Source: Gemmatimonadota bacterium (GTDB taxonomy: Bacteria; Gemmatimonadota; Gemmatimonadetes; Gemmatimonadales; GWC2-71-9). Taken from it: DNA of 64,000 nucleotides. Below are positions 8,574 through 21,893 of the stretch, in pieces (position 1 is the first letter of the stretch; each line of letters starts with the position of its first letter). A program made the translations under genes and the position numbers. Location: the NCBI GenBank assembly GCA_039930765.1, contig JBDTTF010000011.1, positions 28,815-92,814 of the forward strand, written 5' to 3'. The notes beneath the pieces are model-generated. The model did not search any database. It was not told the DNA's origin and worked only from the letters and a program-made list of their open reading frames with translations.

Positions 8574-9631
8574 CCATGACCATTGACCTGACTGGACTGG
8601 TCCGCCCGCACCTGGTCGAGATGACCAAGCGGGATGACAACCCGAACATCGCTGAGTTCCGGCTGCAGCCGCTGGAGCGCGGGTTCGGCTATACGCTGGG
8701 CAATTCGCTGCGGCGCCTGCTGCTCTCCTCGCTCCGCGGTACCGCGGTGTGGGGCTTCCGGCTGGACGGCGTGGTGCATGAACATCAGACCGTTCAGGGC
8801 GTTCATGAGGATGTCCACCAGATCGTTCAGCGGCTCAAGGCGCTGACCCTGGTGTTGTCCGAGGATGTGGATGAGGCCGTGCTCACCATCAAGCGGGATG
8901 GCAAGGGCCAGGTTCACGCCCGTGACATCCAGCCTCACGGCGCAGTCCGGGTGGTCAACCCCGACCAGCTGCTGTTCACGGTCCAGGACGATCGCGACAT
9001 CACCTGCGAGCTCTACATCAACAAGGGCCGGGGCTACGTCGAGTCGGAGCTGCACCCGACCGATCGCTCCTTCCCGGTCGACCTCGTCCGCATCGACGCC
9101 ATCTACAATCCGGTCCGCCGCGCCAACTTCAGCGTGGCCGAGACCCGGGTTGGCCAGCGCACCGACTACGATCGTCTCACGGTCACCGTCGAGACCAACG
9201 GTACGGTCTCGCCCGAGGATGCCATTGCCTACGCCGCGGCGCTGGCCCAGGAACATTTCCGGCACTTCGTCGAGTTCGGCCGGGTACCTGCCGGTCGACC
9301 CGAGTCACTACCGGCCCCGGCCGGCGCCCAGCGCCTCCGGGAACGGCTGATCCGCAGCATCGACGACCTGGGTCTCTCGGTCCGGTCGCTCAACAGCCTC
9401 AAGAACAGCAACATCCGCACGCTGGGTGACTTGGTGAACTACACCGAGGAAGAACTGCTCAAGGTCAAGAACGTCGGGGAAAAAGCGCTCAAGGAAATCG
9501 GCGACCTGCTCCGCCAGCAGGACCTGAATTTCGGTATGCAGTTCGAGGAGGTCGATGGTGAGTTCCGGGTGGTCAGTCCCGGCACCCCGCCCTCCATGCA
9601 GGTCGGCGTTTCCGGAACCGAGGAAAGCTGA
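8570..9631 (+). CDS. rpoA: DNA-directed RNA polymerase subunit alpha
   Basis: LERGFGYTLGNSLRRLLLSSL, C-terminal domain LGLSVRSLNSLKNSNIRTLGDL; GTGA overlap with the rpsD stop (alternative ATG 8576). Confidence 0.92.
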   Translation: MTMTIDLTGLVRPHLVEMTKRDDNPNIAEFRLQPLERGFGYTLGNSLRRLLLSSLRGTAVWGFRLDGVVHEHQTVQGVHEDVHQIVQRLKALTLVLSEDVDEAVLTIKRDGKGQVHARDIQPHGAVRVVNPDQLLFTVQDDRDITCELYINKGRGYVESELHPTDRSFPVDLVRIDAIYNPVRRANFSVAETRVGQRTDYDRLTVTVETNGTVSPEDAIAYAAALAQEHFRHFVEFGRVPAGRPESLPAPAGAQRLRERLIRSIDDLGLSVRSLNSLKNSNIRTLGDLVNYTEEELLKVKNVGEKALKEIGDLLRQQDLNFGMQFEEVDGEFRVVSPGTPPSMQVGVSGTEES

Positions 9632-9987
9632 TGCGCCACCAGGCCAAGGGGCGGCAGCTTTCCCGCACCAGCACTCATCGTCGCGCCATGCTCAACAACA
9701 TGGCCGCCAGTCTGTTCCTGCATGACCGGGTCGTGACCACCGAGGCCAAGGCCAAGGAGCTCCGCCCCTTTGCCGAGAAGCTGATTACCCTGGCCCGCCG
9801 CGGTGATCTCCACGCCCGCCGGCTGGCCGGCCGCAGCCTCCGCGAGCGCGAGGCGCTGGCCCGGTTGTTCAGCGAGATCGGTCCGCGGTTCGCCGCTCGG
9901 CCCGGCGGCTATACCCGGATCCTCAAGCTGGGGCACCGCCCCGGCGATGGCGCCGATGTGGCGCGCATCGAACTGCTGGCGGAGTGA
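9631..9987 (+). CDS. rplQ: 50S ribosomal protein L17
   Basis: MRHQAKGRQLSRTSTHRRAMLNNMAASL...GGYTRILKLGHRPGDGA; TGATG junction with rpoA. Confidence 0.95.
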   Translation: MRHQAKGRQLSRTSTHRRAMLNNMAASLFLHDRVVTTEAKAKELRPFAEKLITLARRGDLHARRLAGRSLREREALARLFSEIGPRFAARPGGYTRILKLGHRPGDGADVARIELLAE

Positions 9988-10021
9988 CGTTGCCGCCGGC
10001 AGCCCGCAGCGGAAACGAAAG

Positions 10022-10047
10022 AAGGGGACCCGAGGGTCCCCTTTTTT
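10022..10047. terminator. bidirectional rho-independent terminator shared by rplQ (+) and rpmB (-)
   Basis: GGGGACCC (10024-10031) GA GGGTCCCC (10034-10041) followed by TTTTTT on +, and by TTCTTT on the - strand. Confidence 0.75.
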
Positions 10048-10091
10048 ATAACCTGTCTCCGGCCTTCATTTCACCGGGCCGGCCGGGCGGT

Positions 10092-10283
10092 TCAGCCCGC
10101 CTTCTTGATCTTGTTGCCCTTGAGGCACTGGGTGCAGACCCGGATTCGGCGCGGGGCGCCATCCTCCATTACCCGAACGGTCTGGAGATTGGGATACCAG
10201 CGCCGCTTGGTTCTATTGTTGGCGTGGCTGACATTGTTTCCGGTAGTCGGCCCTTTGCCGCAGGCAGTGCACACCCGAGCCAT
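10092..10283 (-). CDS. rpmB: 50S ribosomal protein L28 (Cys-containing form)
   Basis: [34 protein letters not shown]...; internal ATG of the 100-aa ORF-track entry. Confidence 0.9.
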   Translation of the reverse strand: MARVCTACGKGPTTGNNVSHANNRTKRRWYPNLQTVRVMEDGAPRRIRVCTQCLKGNKIKKAG

Positions 10284-10285
10284 GA

Positions 10286-12292
<2,007 letters not shown>

Positions 12293-12309
<17 letters not shown>

Positions 12310-15300
12310 CCTCAAGTCCATCCTCCTGATCGGCTCCGGCCCCATCGTGATCGGGCAGGGTGCCGAGTTCGATTACTCCGGCACCCAGGCGGTCCGGGCG
12401 CTGAAGGAGGAGGGCTACCGGGTCATCCTGGTGAATTCCAATCCGGCCACCATCATGACCGATCCCGAAATTGCCGATCGGACCTACATCGAACCGGTGA
12501 CGGCGGAGTGGGTGGCCAAGGTCATCGAGCGCGAACGCCCCGATGCGCTGCTCCCGACCATGGGCGGGCAGACCGCGCTCAACGTGGCCATGAAGCTGGC
12601 CGAGGATGGCACCCTGGCCCGGTTCGGGGTCGAATTGATCGGGGCCAACGAGCGGGCCATCCGGATCGCCGAGGACCGTCAGGAGTTTGCCCAGGCCATG
12701 CGCCGGATCGGGCTGGCCACACCGCCCGGGCGCACCATCACCACGCTCGAGGATGGCCTGGCGGTGGTCGAACAGGTCGGCTACCCGGCGATCATCCGGC
12801 CCTCGTTCACGCTCGGGGGCAGTGGCGGCGGGATTGCGTACAATCGCGCCGAGTTCGAGGCCCAGGTCCGCCGGGGGCTGGAGCTGTCGCCGGTGGGATC
12901 GGTGCTGGTGGAGCAGAGCATCATCGGCTGGAAGGAGTTCGAGCTCGAAGTCATGCGGGACGGCGCCGACAATGTGGTGATCGTCTGCTCGATCGAGAAT
13001 CTCGACCCGATGGGTGTCCACACCGGCGACTCGATCACCGTGGCGCCGGCCATGACCCTGACCGATCGCGAGTACCAGGTCATGCGCGATGCGGCCATCC
13101 GGATCATTCGTGAAGTGGGTGTGGCCGCCGGTGGCTGCAACATCCAGTTCGCGGTGAGTCCGGTTGATGGCACCCAGTTCGTCATCGAAATGAACCCGCG
13201 GGTATCCCGCTCGTCGGCCCTGGCCTCCAAGGCCACCGGCTTTCCGATTGCCCGGATCGGCACCAAGGTGGCGGTCGGCTATACCCTCGATGAACTGCCC
13301 AACGACATCACCAGGACCACCCCGGCCTCATTCGAGCCCGTGCTCGACTACGTGGTGGTCAAGGTGCCCCGCTTTGCCTTCGAGAAGTTTCCCGCCGCCG
13401 ATCCTCGGCTGACCACCCAGATGAAGTCGGTCGGCGAATCGATGGCCATCGGCCGGACCTTCAAAGAGGCGTTCCAGAAGGCACTCCGGGCCCTCGAGAT
13501 CGACCGGCCGGGCTGGACCATCGGCGCCACGCCGACCGACGACCGGGTGGCGGATGTCCACATCGAGACGCTGCGCGCCGCGATCCGGACCCCGACGCCG
13601 GAGCGGATCTTTCAGGTCAAACGAGCGCTGCTGGCGGGGATCGGGGTCGAGGAAATTTCCGAGCTGACCGGCATCGATCCCTGGTTCACCGGCCAGCTGG
13701 CTGAGCTGGTGCAGGCCGAGCGGGACTGGACTGCCGCCACCGCCCGTGACGACCGGAGCCAGGCTGGGGCCCTGCGGCGGATGAAGCGCCTGGGCTTCTC
13801 CGATCGCCAGCTGGCGGATCTGCGTGGTGTGCCGGAAGCGGAGCTCCGGACCCTGCGCCACCGGCTCGGCATCAGGCCGGCGTACAAGACCGTGGACACC
13901 TGCGCCGGCGAATTCCCCTCGGCCACCCCGTATCTCTACTCCTGTTACGACGAGGAGACGGAGGTGGTGGCCAGCCCCCGGGAGTCGGTAATGATCCTGG
14001 GCAGCGGCCCCAACCGGATCGGCCAGGGGGTGGAGTTCGACTACTGCTGCGTTCGGGCGGCGCTTGCATTCCGCGAGCTGGGCTACCGGACCATCATGGT
14101 CAACTGCAACCCGGAGACGGTCTCGACCGACTTCGACGTCTCCGATGCGCTGTACTTCGAGCCGCTGACGCTCGAGGATGTGCTTGAAGTCATTCACGTC
14201 GAGAAGCCAATGGGGGTCGTGGTGCAGCTCGGGGGCCAGACGCCGCTCAAACTGGCCAAGGGGCTGGAAGCGGCCGGGGTCACGATCCTCGGCACCAGCC
14301 CGGAGGCAATCGACACTGCCGAGGACCGCAAGCGGTTCGAGGCCCTGGCCCGGGACCTCGGCGTCAACCAGCCGCCGTCCGGCACCGCCATGCTGCTCGA
14401 GGAGGCGCTCGCGGTTGCGGCCCGGATCGGTTATCCGGTCCTGGTCCGCCCCTCCTATGTCCTCGGCGGCCGCGGGATGCAGATCGTTTACGACAACGAG
14501 TCGCTGGCCGACTACTTCACCAGGGCCCTGCGGGTGGCGCCGGGGCATCCAGTGCTGATCGATCATTTCCTGGAGGATGCCTTCGAGGCCGACGTGGATG
14601 CCATCTGTGACGGCACCCGGTGCGTCATCGGCGGCGTCATGCAGCATATCGAGGACGCCGGTATTCACTCGGGCGATTCGGCCTGCGTGATGCCGCCCTA
14701 TCTGATCGACGACATCCTGGTCGAACAGATGAAGACCCATACCCGCGCCTTTGCGCTCAAGCTGGGTGTGATCGGGCTGATCAACGTGCAGTACGCCATC
14801 AAGAATGGCGTGGTGTATGTGCTGGAGGTCAATCCGCGCGGCTCTCGTACCATTCCATTCGTGGCCAAGACCACCGGGGTACCACTGGCCGGCATGGCGG
14901 CGGCGGTCATGGTGGGCCGGACGCTGGATGCGCTGGGGCTGCAGGACGATCCGGCCCATCCCTACGTCGCGGTCAAGGAAGCGGTGTTCCCGTTCAGCAA
15001 ATTCCCTGGCGTGGATCTGGTGCTGGGACCCGAGATGCGTTCGACCGGTGAGGTGATGGGCATCGCGGACTCGTTCGGGATGGCCTTTGCCAAGGCCCAG
15101 ATCAGCGTGGACGGAGCATTACCGCTGCAGGGCAAGGTCTTCATCACCGTCAACGACGACGACAAGGTCAACGCCGTGCCGATTGTGCGGCGATTGCACG
15201 AGATGGGTTTCGAAATCCTGGCCACCGAGGGCACCTCGCGGCACCTGCGCAGCCGGGGCATTCCGACCCGCCGGATCCTCAAGGTCTATGAGGGGCGCCC

Positions 15301-15556
15301 GAACGCAATCGACCTGCTGCTGTCCGGCGAAATTCAGCTGCTGATCAATACCCCGCTCGGCAAACTGACCCAGCAGGATGATTACCAGATCCGCCAGGCG
15401 GCGCTGCAGCACCGGGTGCCCTATACCACGACCCTCTCGGCGGCCTCGGCGGCATGTGACGCCATCATCGCGCTCCGGAGCCGGGTCGGCAGTGTCCGTT
15501 CGCTGCAGGAATGGCACGAGCTCAGCCGCGAGTTCGCGGCCCAGGAGGCGCGTTGA
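12293..15556 (+). CDS. carB: carbamoyl-phosphate synthase large subunit
   Basis: [33 protein letters not shown], duplicated ATP-grasp halves, C-terminal MGS-like domain; 1087 aa; overlaps the rmd end by 17 nt; no carA in the window. Confidence 0.97.
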
Positions 15557-16524
15557 CCGCTCGCGACCACGGCTTTGTCGCCCGGTTGAAGCAATTGGTG
15601 CGGGGCGAGGTGCGTGAAGCGGAACTGCTGGCGCGCTACTCGACCTACCGGATCGGCGGACCGGCCACGGTCGTGCTGGCGGCTGATCCGGCCGATGTCG
15701 AAGCGGCGCTGGCCGTGGTCCGCGATTTTGGTGCATCCTGCCTGGTGCTGGGACTGGGATCCAACATGCTGCTGCCGGATGACGGTCTGGACGCCCTGGT
15801 CATCCGGATGGGCAAGGGAATCGATCGGATCGATTCCGACGGCGCCATCTGGCGCCTCGGGGCCGGCCTCCCCGCGCCGCTGGCAGCCCGGAAAACCGCC
15901 GGGGCCGGGTGGGGCGGTCTGCACAAGATGGTCGGGGTGCCGGGCTCGGTGGGCGGCGGTGTGTTCATGAATGCCGGGTGTCACGGCGCCAGCTGGTCCG
16001 ATGTGGTGCGCAGCGTGACGGTTGCGCTGGCGGGCGGTGGCATCGAAGTCCGGCCCCGTCATGATCTGCAGTTTGCCTATCGGCAGAGCGGGCTCGAGGG
16101 GGCGGTGGTTCTCGAAACTGAAGTCGAACTCCACGCCGAGTCGGCGGCCAGGCTCACCGAAGAGGTCAACGACCTGTTCCGATGGCGGCAGGAGGGCACC
16201 CCGTTCAACCGGCCCTGCTGCGGCAGCGTGTTCCAGAACCCTGCCCAGGCCCCGGCCGGGGCCGATGGCCGACCGATGACCGCGGGACGGCTGATCGAGG
16301 CAGCCGGACTCAAGGGATACCGTGCCGGTGGCGCGGAGGTGTCGACTCTCCATGGCAATTACATCATTAATACCGGCGGGGCCACTGCCGCCGACGTCCG
16401 CCGAGCCATTGATGAGGTCCGGGCCACCGTGCTGACCCGCTTTGGTGTCCGGCTCGAAACCGAAGTGAAGCTGATCCGGGCGGACGGCACCGCCCTGCCT
16501 GCCTCCGGCCATCCGGGCCATTGA
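15553..16524 (+). CDS. murB: UDP-N-acetylenolpyruvoylglucosamine reductase
   Basis: [52 protein letters not shown]; TTG 15553 overlaps the carB stop (start uncertain). Confidence 0.85.
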   Translation: MTARDHGFVARLKQLVRGEVREAELLARYSTYRIGGPATVVLAADPADVEAALAVVRDFGASCLVLGLGSNMLLPDDGLDALVIRMGKGIDRIDSDGAIWRLGAGLPAPLAARKTAGAGWGGLHKMVGVPGSVGGGVFMNAGCHGASWSDVVRSVTVALAGGGIEVRPRHDLQFAYRQSGLEGAVVLETEVELHAESAARLTEEVNDLFRWRQEGTPFNRPCCGSVFQNPAQAPAGADGRPMTAGRLIEAAGLKGYRAGGAEVSTLHGNYIINTGGATAADVRRAIDEVRATVLTRFGVRLETEVKLIRADGTALPASGHPGH

Positions 16525-16537
16525 GCCCCAGGAACCG

Positions 16538-17128
16538 ATGAGCGACTTCTTCGTCCACCCCTCGAGCTTTGTGGATGCGGGCGCCGTGATCGGCGCTGGC
16601 ACCAAGATCTGGCATTTCAGTCACATCATGGCGGGTGCCGTGATCGGCGAGCGCTGCAACCTGGGCCAGAATGTGGTGGTCATGTCGGGCTCGACGCTGG
16701 GCAATAACGTGAAGGTGCAGAACAACGTGTCGATCTACGAGGGAGTCATCCTCGAGGACGATGTGTTCTGCGGCCCCAGCTGCGTGTTCACCAACGTGAT
16801 GAACCCGCGCAGTCATGTATCCCGCAAGCACGAGTACCGGGAAACCCGAATCGGGCGCGGGGCCTCGATCGGTGCCAACGCCACCATCATCTGCGGGGTC
16901 ACGCTGGGCCAGTATGCCTTTGTCGGGGCCGGGGCTGTCGTCACCCGGAGCGTCCCGGCCTTTGCGCTGGTGGTCGGCAGCCCGGCCCGGCAGATCGGCT
17001 GGATGTGCCAATGCGGCGAGCGACTGGTGCTGCAGCAAGGGTCAGCGCGATGCGGGGTCTGTGGCGCGTCCTATCGTGAAGCGGGAGCGGAGCTTACGAT
17101 GATTGACCCACCCTCACGCATCGACTAG
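16538..17128 (+). CDS. left-handed beta-helix (hexapeptide) N-acetyltransferase, WbpD/WlbB-like sugar-nucleotide acetyltransferase
   Basis: Hexapeptide repeats ([52 protein letters not shown]) and [14 protein letters not shown] tail. Confidence 0.75.
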   Translation: MSDFFVHPSSFVDAGAVIGAGTKIWHFSHIMAGAVIGERCNLGQNVVVMSGSTLGNNVKVQNNVSIYEGVILEDDVFCGPSCVFTNVMNPRSHVSRKHEYRETRIGRGASIGANATIICGVTLGQYAFVGAGAVVTRSVPAFALVVGSPARQIGWMCQCGERLVLQQGSARCGVCGASYREAGAELTMIDPPSRID

Positions 17129-17152
17129 TTTTCCGGCCTGTCTGGAGCCGTG

Positions 17153-17190
17153 GCGCCCGGGCCTGCGTGGGGCGGGCGCTTCTTGTTTTC
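17153..17190 (+). terminator. possible intrinsic terminator/attenuator inside the sugar-nucleotide block
   Basis: GCGCCCG (17153-17159), 13-nt loop, CGGGCGC (17173-17179), then TTCTTGTTTTC. Confidence 0.4.
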
Positions 17191-17221
17191 CGGTATTTCT
17201 CCTGAACTGTTGAGGCAGGCC

Positions 17222-18334
17222 GTGAAGGTCCCGATGCTCGATCTGGTCGCGCAGCACGCATCGATTCGCGATGAGATGCTCCAGGCCGTGACCGCGGTAG
17301 TCGAACGCCAGGGCTTTATCATGGGCGCCGAAGTAGTGGCGCTGGAAGAGGCAGTGGCCAGACTCAGCCAGACCCGCTTTGCCGTCGGCTGCGCCAGCGG
17401 TACCGACGCCCTGCTGCTGCCACTCCGCGCCCTTGGGCTCAAGCCCGGCGATGAGGTCATCACTCCTTCGTTCACCTTCTTTGCCACCGCCGGCGCCGTC
17501 CACAATGCCGGCGCCCGCCCGGTCTTCGTCGATATCGAACCCGACAGCTACAACATCGATCCGGCCGCCATCGAAGCGGCCATCACTCCGCGGACCCGCG
17601 CCATCATCCCGGTCCACCTGTTCGGCCAGATGGCGGCGCTGGATCGGATCATGCCCATCGCCAGGAAGCACGGCCTGGCGGTCATCGAGGATGCGGCCCA
17701 GTCGATCGGCTCCCGCCGCAGGATTGATGGCACCTGGCGGATGAGTGGTGAAGTGGGCACCTGCGGCACCCTGTCGTTCTTTCCGAGCAAGAACCTGGGC
17801 GGCTGGGGCGATGGCGGCATGATCGTGACCCAGGACGAGGCCTTCGCGGCCCGGCTCCGGACCGAGCGGCTGCACGGCGGCAGCCAGCAGTATTATCACG
17901 ATGATGTGGGTCTCAACAGCCGGCTCGATACGCTGCAGGCGGCGGTCTTGCTGGCCAAGCTGCCCCACCTGGCCGGCTGGAGTGAGGCGCGCCGGCGCAA
18001 CGCCGCCCGCTACACCGCTGCCTGGTCCAGGGGGCCGGTCCGTCCTCCGGTGACCGACTCGGCCAACGAGCACATCTACAACCAGTACACCATCCGGGCG
18101 CCGCGGCGTGATGCACTGCAGAAGCACCTGCAGGCCTCAGGCATCGGCTGTTCGATCTACTACCCATTGCCGCTTCACCTCCAGCCCTGCTTTGCCTACC
18201 TCGGCTATCAGCAGGGTCGGCTGCCAGTCTCAGAACAGGCGGCCCAGGAAGTGCTCTCGCTCCCGGTATATCCTGAACTGTCGATCAGTCAGCAGGATGC
18301 CGTGATCGACGCGGTCAATCGGTTCTATGCCTAA
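17222..18334 (+). CDS. DegT/DnrJ/EryC1/StrS-family PLP-dependent sugar aminotransferase (WbpE-like)
   Basis: GCASGTDALLL, ITPSFTFFATA, AIIPVHLFGQ, IEDAAQSIG, SFFPSKNLGGWGDGG (PLP lysine); start GTG 17222 or ATG 17234. Confidence 0.85.
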   Translation: MKVPMLDLVAQHASIRDEMLQAVTAVVERQGFIMGAEVVALEEAVARLSQTRFAVGCASGTDALLLPLRALGLKPGDEVITPSFTFFATAGAVHNAGARPVFVDIEPDSYNIDPAAIEAAITPRTRAIIPVHLFGQMAALDRIMPIARKHGLAVIEDAAQSIGSRRRIDGTWRMSGEVGTCGTLSFFPSKNLGGWGDGGMIVTQDEAFAARLRTERLHGGSQQYYHDDVGLNSRLDTLQAAVLLAKLPHLAGWSEARRRNAARYTAAWSRGPVRPPVTDSANEHIYNQYTIRAPRRDALQKHLQASGIGCSIYYPLPLHLQPCFAYLGYQQGRLPVSEQAAQEVLSLPVYPELSISQQDAVIDAVNRFYA

Positions 18335-18344
18335 AGGAATCACG

Positions 18345-19634
18345 ATGTCTCTCGAGCAGGACCTCCTCAAGAAGGCCGAGAAGCGGGAAGCGCTGTTCGG
18401 CATCATTGGCCTGGGTTATGTCGGGTTGCCGCTCGCCATTGAACTGGTGAATGCCGGATTCAGCGTGCTGGGCCACGATGTGAGCAAGCGCGTCGTCGAC
18501 CTGCTGAATGCCGGCAAGTCGCACATCAAGGACATCACCGATGCCCAGGTGGCGGCGGCGATCAAGTCCGGCCGATTCTCAGCCACCACCGATGCGGCCC
18601 GACTGTCCGAGCCGGACGCCATCTCGATCTGCGTGCCGACCCCGCTGTCGAAGTTCAAGGACCCGGACATGAGCTACATCGTCGCGGCCACGGAGGCGGT
18701 GCGCCGCACGCTCCGGAAGGGCCAGGCGATCATCCTCGAGAGCACCACCTATCCCGGCACGACCCGGGAGGTGATGCTGCCGGCACTGGAAGGCACCGGG
18801 CTGGTGGTCGGCCAGGATTTTTTCCTGGCCTTCAGTCCCGAGCGGGTCGATCCCGGCAACACCAAGTTCGGCACCCGCAACACCCCGAAGGTGGTGGGTG
18901 GCATCACGCCGGCCTGCGCCAGGGTGGCCTGCGCGCTGTACCAGCCCGCCATCGAGACCCTGGTCCCGGTCTCAACCACCGAGGCGGCCGAGCTGGTCAA
19001 GTTGCTGGAGAACACCTTTCGATCGGTGAATATCGGCCTGGTCAACGAGATGGCCATCGTCTGCGACAAGCTGGGCGTCGACGTCTGGGAAGTGATCGAG
19101 GCCGCCGCCACCAAGCCGTTCGGCTTCATGAAATTCCTGCCGGGCCCCGGGCTTGGCGGTCACTGCATCCCGATCGACCCGCACTACCTCGCCTGGAAGA
19201 TGCGCGGGCTGAACTACAAGACCCGGTTCATCGACCTGGCCGGCGAGGTCAACACCGAAATGCCGGTGTTCTGGGTCCGCAAGGTGGCCGAGGTGCTCAA
19301 CAACCTCGGGAAAGCGGTCAAGGGCGCCAAGGTGCTGATGCTGGGTGTGGCCTACAAGAAGGACATCGACGATGTACGCGAGAGCCCGGCGTTTGACATC
19401 ATCCGCCTGCTGGAGCAACAGGGTGCATCCGTGACCTATCATGATCCTCATGTGGCCCGGTTCGAAGAGGGCGAACATCGGATGGAATCGGTGGCCCTCA
19501 CCGAGGCGGCCGTCAAGGCCTCGGATTGTGTCATGATCGTCACCGACCACAGCGGAGTGGACTATCCGCTGGTCCGGCGGGCGGCCAGGGCCATCGTCGA
19601 CACCCGGCACGTCCTGGCCAAGGTCCCCGCATGA
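18345..19634 (+). CDS. UDP-N-acetyl-hexosamine 6-dehydrogenase family (WbpA/WecC/Cap5O-like nucleotide-sugar dehydrogenase)
   Basis: FGIIGLGYVGLPLA, LENTFRSVNIGLVNE, PGPGLGGHCIPIDP (catalytic Cys); ATG 18345 has AAGGA upstream (alternative ATG 18327 overlaps the previous gene). Confidence 0.8.
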   Translation: MSLEQDLLKKAEKREALFGIIGLGYVGLPLAIELVNAGFSVLGHDVSKRVVDLLNAGKSHIKDITDAQVAAAIKSGRFSATTDAARLSEPDAISICVPTPLSKFKDPDMSYIVAATEAVRRTLRKGQAIILESTTYPGTTREVMLPALEGTGLVVGQDFFLAFSPERVDPGNTKFGTRNTPKVVGGITPACARVACALYQPAIETLVPVSTTEAAELVKLLENTFRSVNIGLVNEMAIVCDKLGVDVWEVIEAAATKPFGFMKFLPGPGLGGHCIPIDPHYLAWKMRGLNYKTRFIDLAGEVNTEMPVFWVRKVAEVLNNLGKAVKGAKVLMLGVAYKKDIDDVRESPAFDIIRLLEQQGASVTYHDPHVARFEEGEHRMESVALTEAAVKASDCVMIVTDHSGVDYPLVRRAARAIVDTRHVLAKVPA

Positions 19635-20938
19635 AGGTCGCCATCATAGGCAGCGGTTACGTCGGGTTGGTGGCCGGCGCCTGCCTCGCCGAGACCGGCA
19701 ACGACGTGGTCTGCGCCGATATCGATGCCGGAAAAATCGCGCGGCTCAAGGTCAACGACGTCCCGATCTACGAGCCGGGCCTCGAGCCGATGATCGCGCG
19801 GAACCAGGCTGAAGGTCGGCTGACCTTCAGCACCGACATTGCGGCCTCCGTGGCGGCGGCCCGGGTGGTCTTCATCGCGGTGGGAACTCCACCTGGGGAA
19901 GACGGGTCGGCCGACCTGCAGCACGTGCTGGCGGTGGCCCGGACCATCGGGCGCAACATGAATTTCCCCAAGGTGGTCATCACCAAGTCGACGGTGCCGG
20001 TGGGCACCGCCGAGCGGGTGCGCGCCGCCATCCAGGGCGAGACGAAGTCGGCGTTTTACGTCTGCTCCAACCCCGAATTCCTGAAGGAGGGGGCGGCCAT
20101 CGAGGACTTCATGAAACCGGACCGGGTGGTCGTCGGTGTCGATTCCGATGAGGCACGCGAGGCGCTCGGTGAGCTCTATGCCCCCTTCGTGCGGACCGGC
20201 AACCCGATCCTGTTCATGGACATCCCCTCGGCCGAGGTCACCAAGTACGCGGCTAACGCGATGCTGGCCACCCGGATCTCGTTCATGAACCAGGTCGCCG
20301 AATTCTGTGAACGGGTGGGCGCCGATGTCCAGGATGTCCGTCGCGGGATCGGAACCGATCGCCGGATCGGCTCGGCCTTTCTCTTTCCGGGTCCCGGCTA
20401 CGGTGGCTCCTGTTTCCCCAAGGACGTCAAGGCCTTTATCAAGACCGCCAGCGATCTCAAGCTGGAGTTCGACCTGCTCGACGCCGTCGAACGCGTCAAC
20501 GATCGACAGAAGCTGGTGCTGCTGCAGAAGACCCAGAAAGCACTCGGAGCCGATCTCAAGGGCAAGACGGTCGCGGTCTGGGGTCTGGCCTTCAAGGCCG
20601 AGACGGACGACATGCGCGAGAGTCCATCGATTCCCCTGATCCAGGGGCTGCTGGCCGCCGGTGCCCGGGTCCAGGCCCACGATCCCAAAGCAATGGAAAC
20701 CGCTCGCGAGGTGTTCGGTGACAGCGTCGTCTACGGCGCCGATCCCTATAGCGCGCTGCAGGGAGCCGAGGCCCTGGTCATCGTGACCGAATGGCTGGTG
20801 TACCGTAATCCTGATTTTGCCCGGATGAAATCACTGCTGGCCCGTCCGCTGGTGCTCGATGGTCGCAATCTGTTCGACCCTGCCCGGATGGCGGCCCAGG
20901 GGTTCGAATATCACGGCATCGGCCGGCGCGTCGCGTGA
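19631..20938 (+). CDS. ugd: UDP-glucose 6-dehydrogenase
   Basis: [50 protein letters not shown]; ATGA overlap with the upstream stop. Confidence 0.9.
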   Translation: MKVAIIGSGYVGLVAGACLAETGNDVVCADIDAGKIARLKVNDVPIYEPGLEPMIARNQAEGRLTFSTDIAASVAAARVVFIAVGTPPGEDGSADLQHVLAVARTIGRNMNFPKVVITKSTVPVGTAERVRAAIQGETKSAFYVCSNPEFLKEGAAIEDFMKPDRVVVGVDSDEAREALGELYAPFVRTGNPILFMDIPSAEVTKYAANAMLATRISFMNQVAEFCERVGADVQDVRRGIGTDRRIGSAFLFPGPGYGGSCFPKDVKAFIKTASDLKLEFDLLDAVERVNDRQKLVLLQKTQKALGADLKGKTVAVWGLAFKAETDDMRESPSIPLIQGLLAAGARVQAHDPKAMETAREVFGDSVVYGADPYSALQGAEALVIVTEWLVYRNPDFARMKSLLARPLVLDGRNLFDPARMAAQGFEYHGIGRRVA

Positions 20939-21870
20939 GAGTCCTCGTGACCGGTGCGGCCGGATTCCTGGGTTCTCACCTGACCGATCGTTTTCTTGCC
21001 GATGGGCACCATGTCATCGGGATCGACAATTTTTTGACTGGATCGCCGGACAACCTGGCGCACCTGGCCGGGAATCCACGATTCAAGTTCATCCAGCAGG
21101 ACGTGACCGAGTTCATGTATGTCGAAGGCCCCCTCGACGGGGTCCTGCATTTTGCCTCGCCGGCCAGCCCGATCGACTATCTCGAGTTGCCGATCCAGAC
21201 CCTGAAGGTTGGTTCGCTCGGGACCCACAAGGCGCTGGGGCTGGCCAAGGCCAAAGGAGCGCGGTTTTTCCTGGCCTCGACGTCAGAGGTCTACGGTGAT
21301 CCGCAGGTCCATCCCCAGACCGAGAGCTATTGGGGGCATGTGAATCCGGTCGGCCCGCGCGGCGTCTATGATGAGGCCAAGCGCTTCGCTGAGGCGTTGA
21401 CCATGGCCTATCACCGGTTTCACAAGGTCGACACTCGCATCGTCCGGATCTTCAACACCTACGGACCGCGGATGCGGCCCGGCGATGGCCGGGTGGTCTC
21501 GAACTTCATCGTCCAGGCCCTGCGCGGGGAGCCGCTGACGGTCTACGGCGATGGCACCCAGACCCGCTCATTCTGCTTTGCCAGCGATTTGATCGACGGC
21601 ATCGTGCGGCTGTTCCACAGTGACCGGGTCGATCCGACCAACGTCGGCAACCCGTACGAGTTCACGGTCCGGCAGCTGGCCGAAGAGGTGCTCCGGCAGA
21701 CCGGGTCGAAGTCGGTGATCGAGGCGCGCCCGCTGCCAACCGACGACCCGAAGGTGCGCCAGCCCGATATCACGATTGCCCGCCGGGTGCTGGGATGGGA
21801 ACCGCAGATCCAGCTCGAAGAAGGGCTCCGCCGCACCATTGCGTTCTTCCGGGAGGCCGTCGCGGTCTAG
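20935..21870 (+). CDS. uxs: UDP-glucuronate decarboxylase (UDP-xylose synthase)
   Basis: [32 protein letters not shown] (YxxxK), [20 protein letters not shown]; GTGA overlap with ugd. Confidence 0.85.
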   Translation: MRVLVTGAAGFLGSHLTDRFLADGHHVIGIDNFLTGSPDNLAHLAGNPRFKFIQQDVTEFMYVEGPLDGVLHFASPASPIDYLELPIQTLKVGSLGTHKALGLAKAKGARFFLASTSEVYGDPQVHPQTESYWGHVNPVGPRGVYDEAKRFAEALTMAYHRFHKVDTRIVRIFNTYGPRMRPGDGRVVSNFIVQALRGEPLTVYGDGTQTRSFCFASDLIDGIVRLFHSDRVDPTNVGNPYEFTVRQLAEEVLRQTGSKSVIEARPLPTDDPKVRQPDITIARRVLGWEPQIQLEEGLRRTIAFFREAVAV

Positions 21871-21893
21871 CACCGGGCGGTCCCCGTCCCCGG

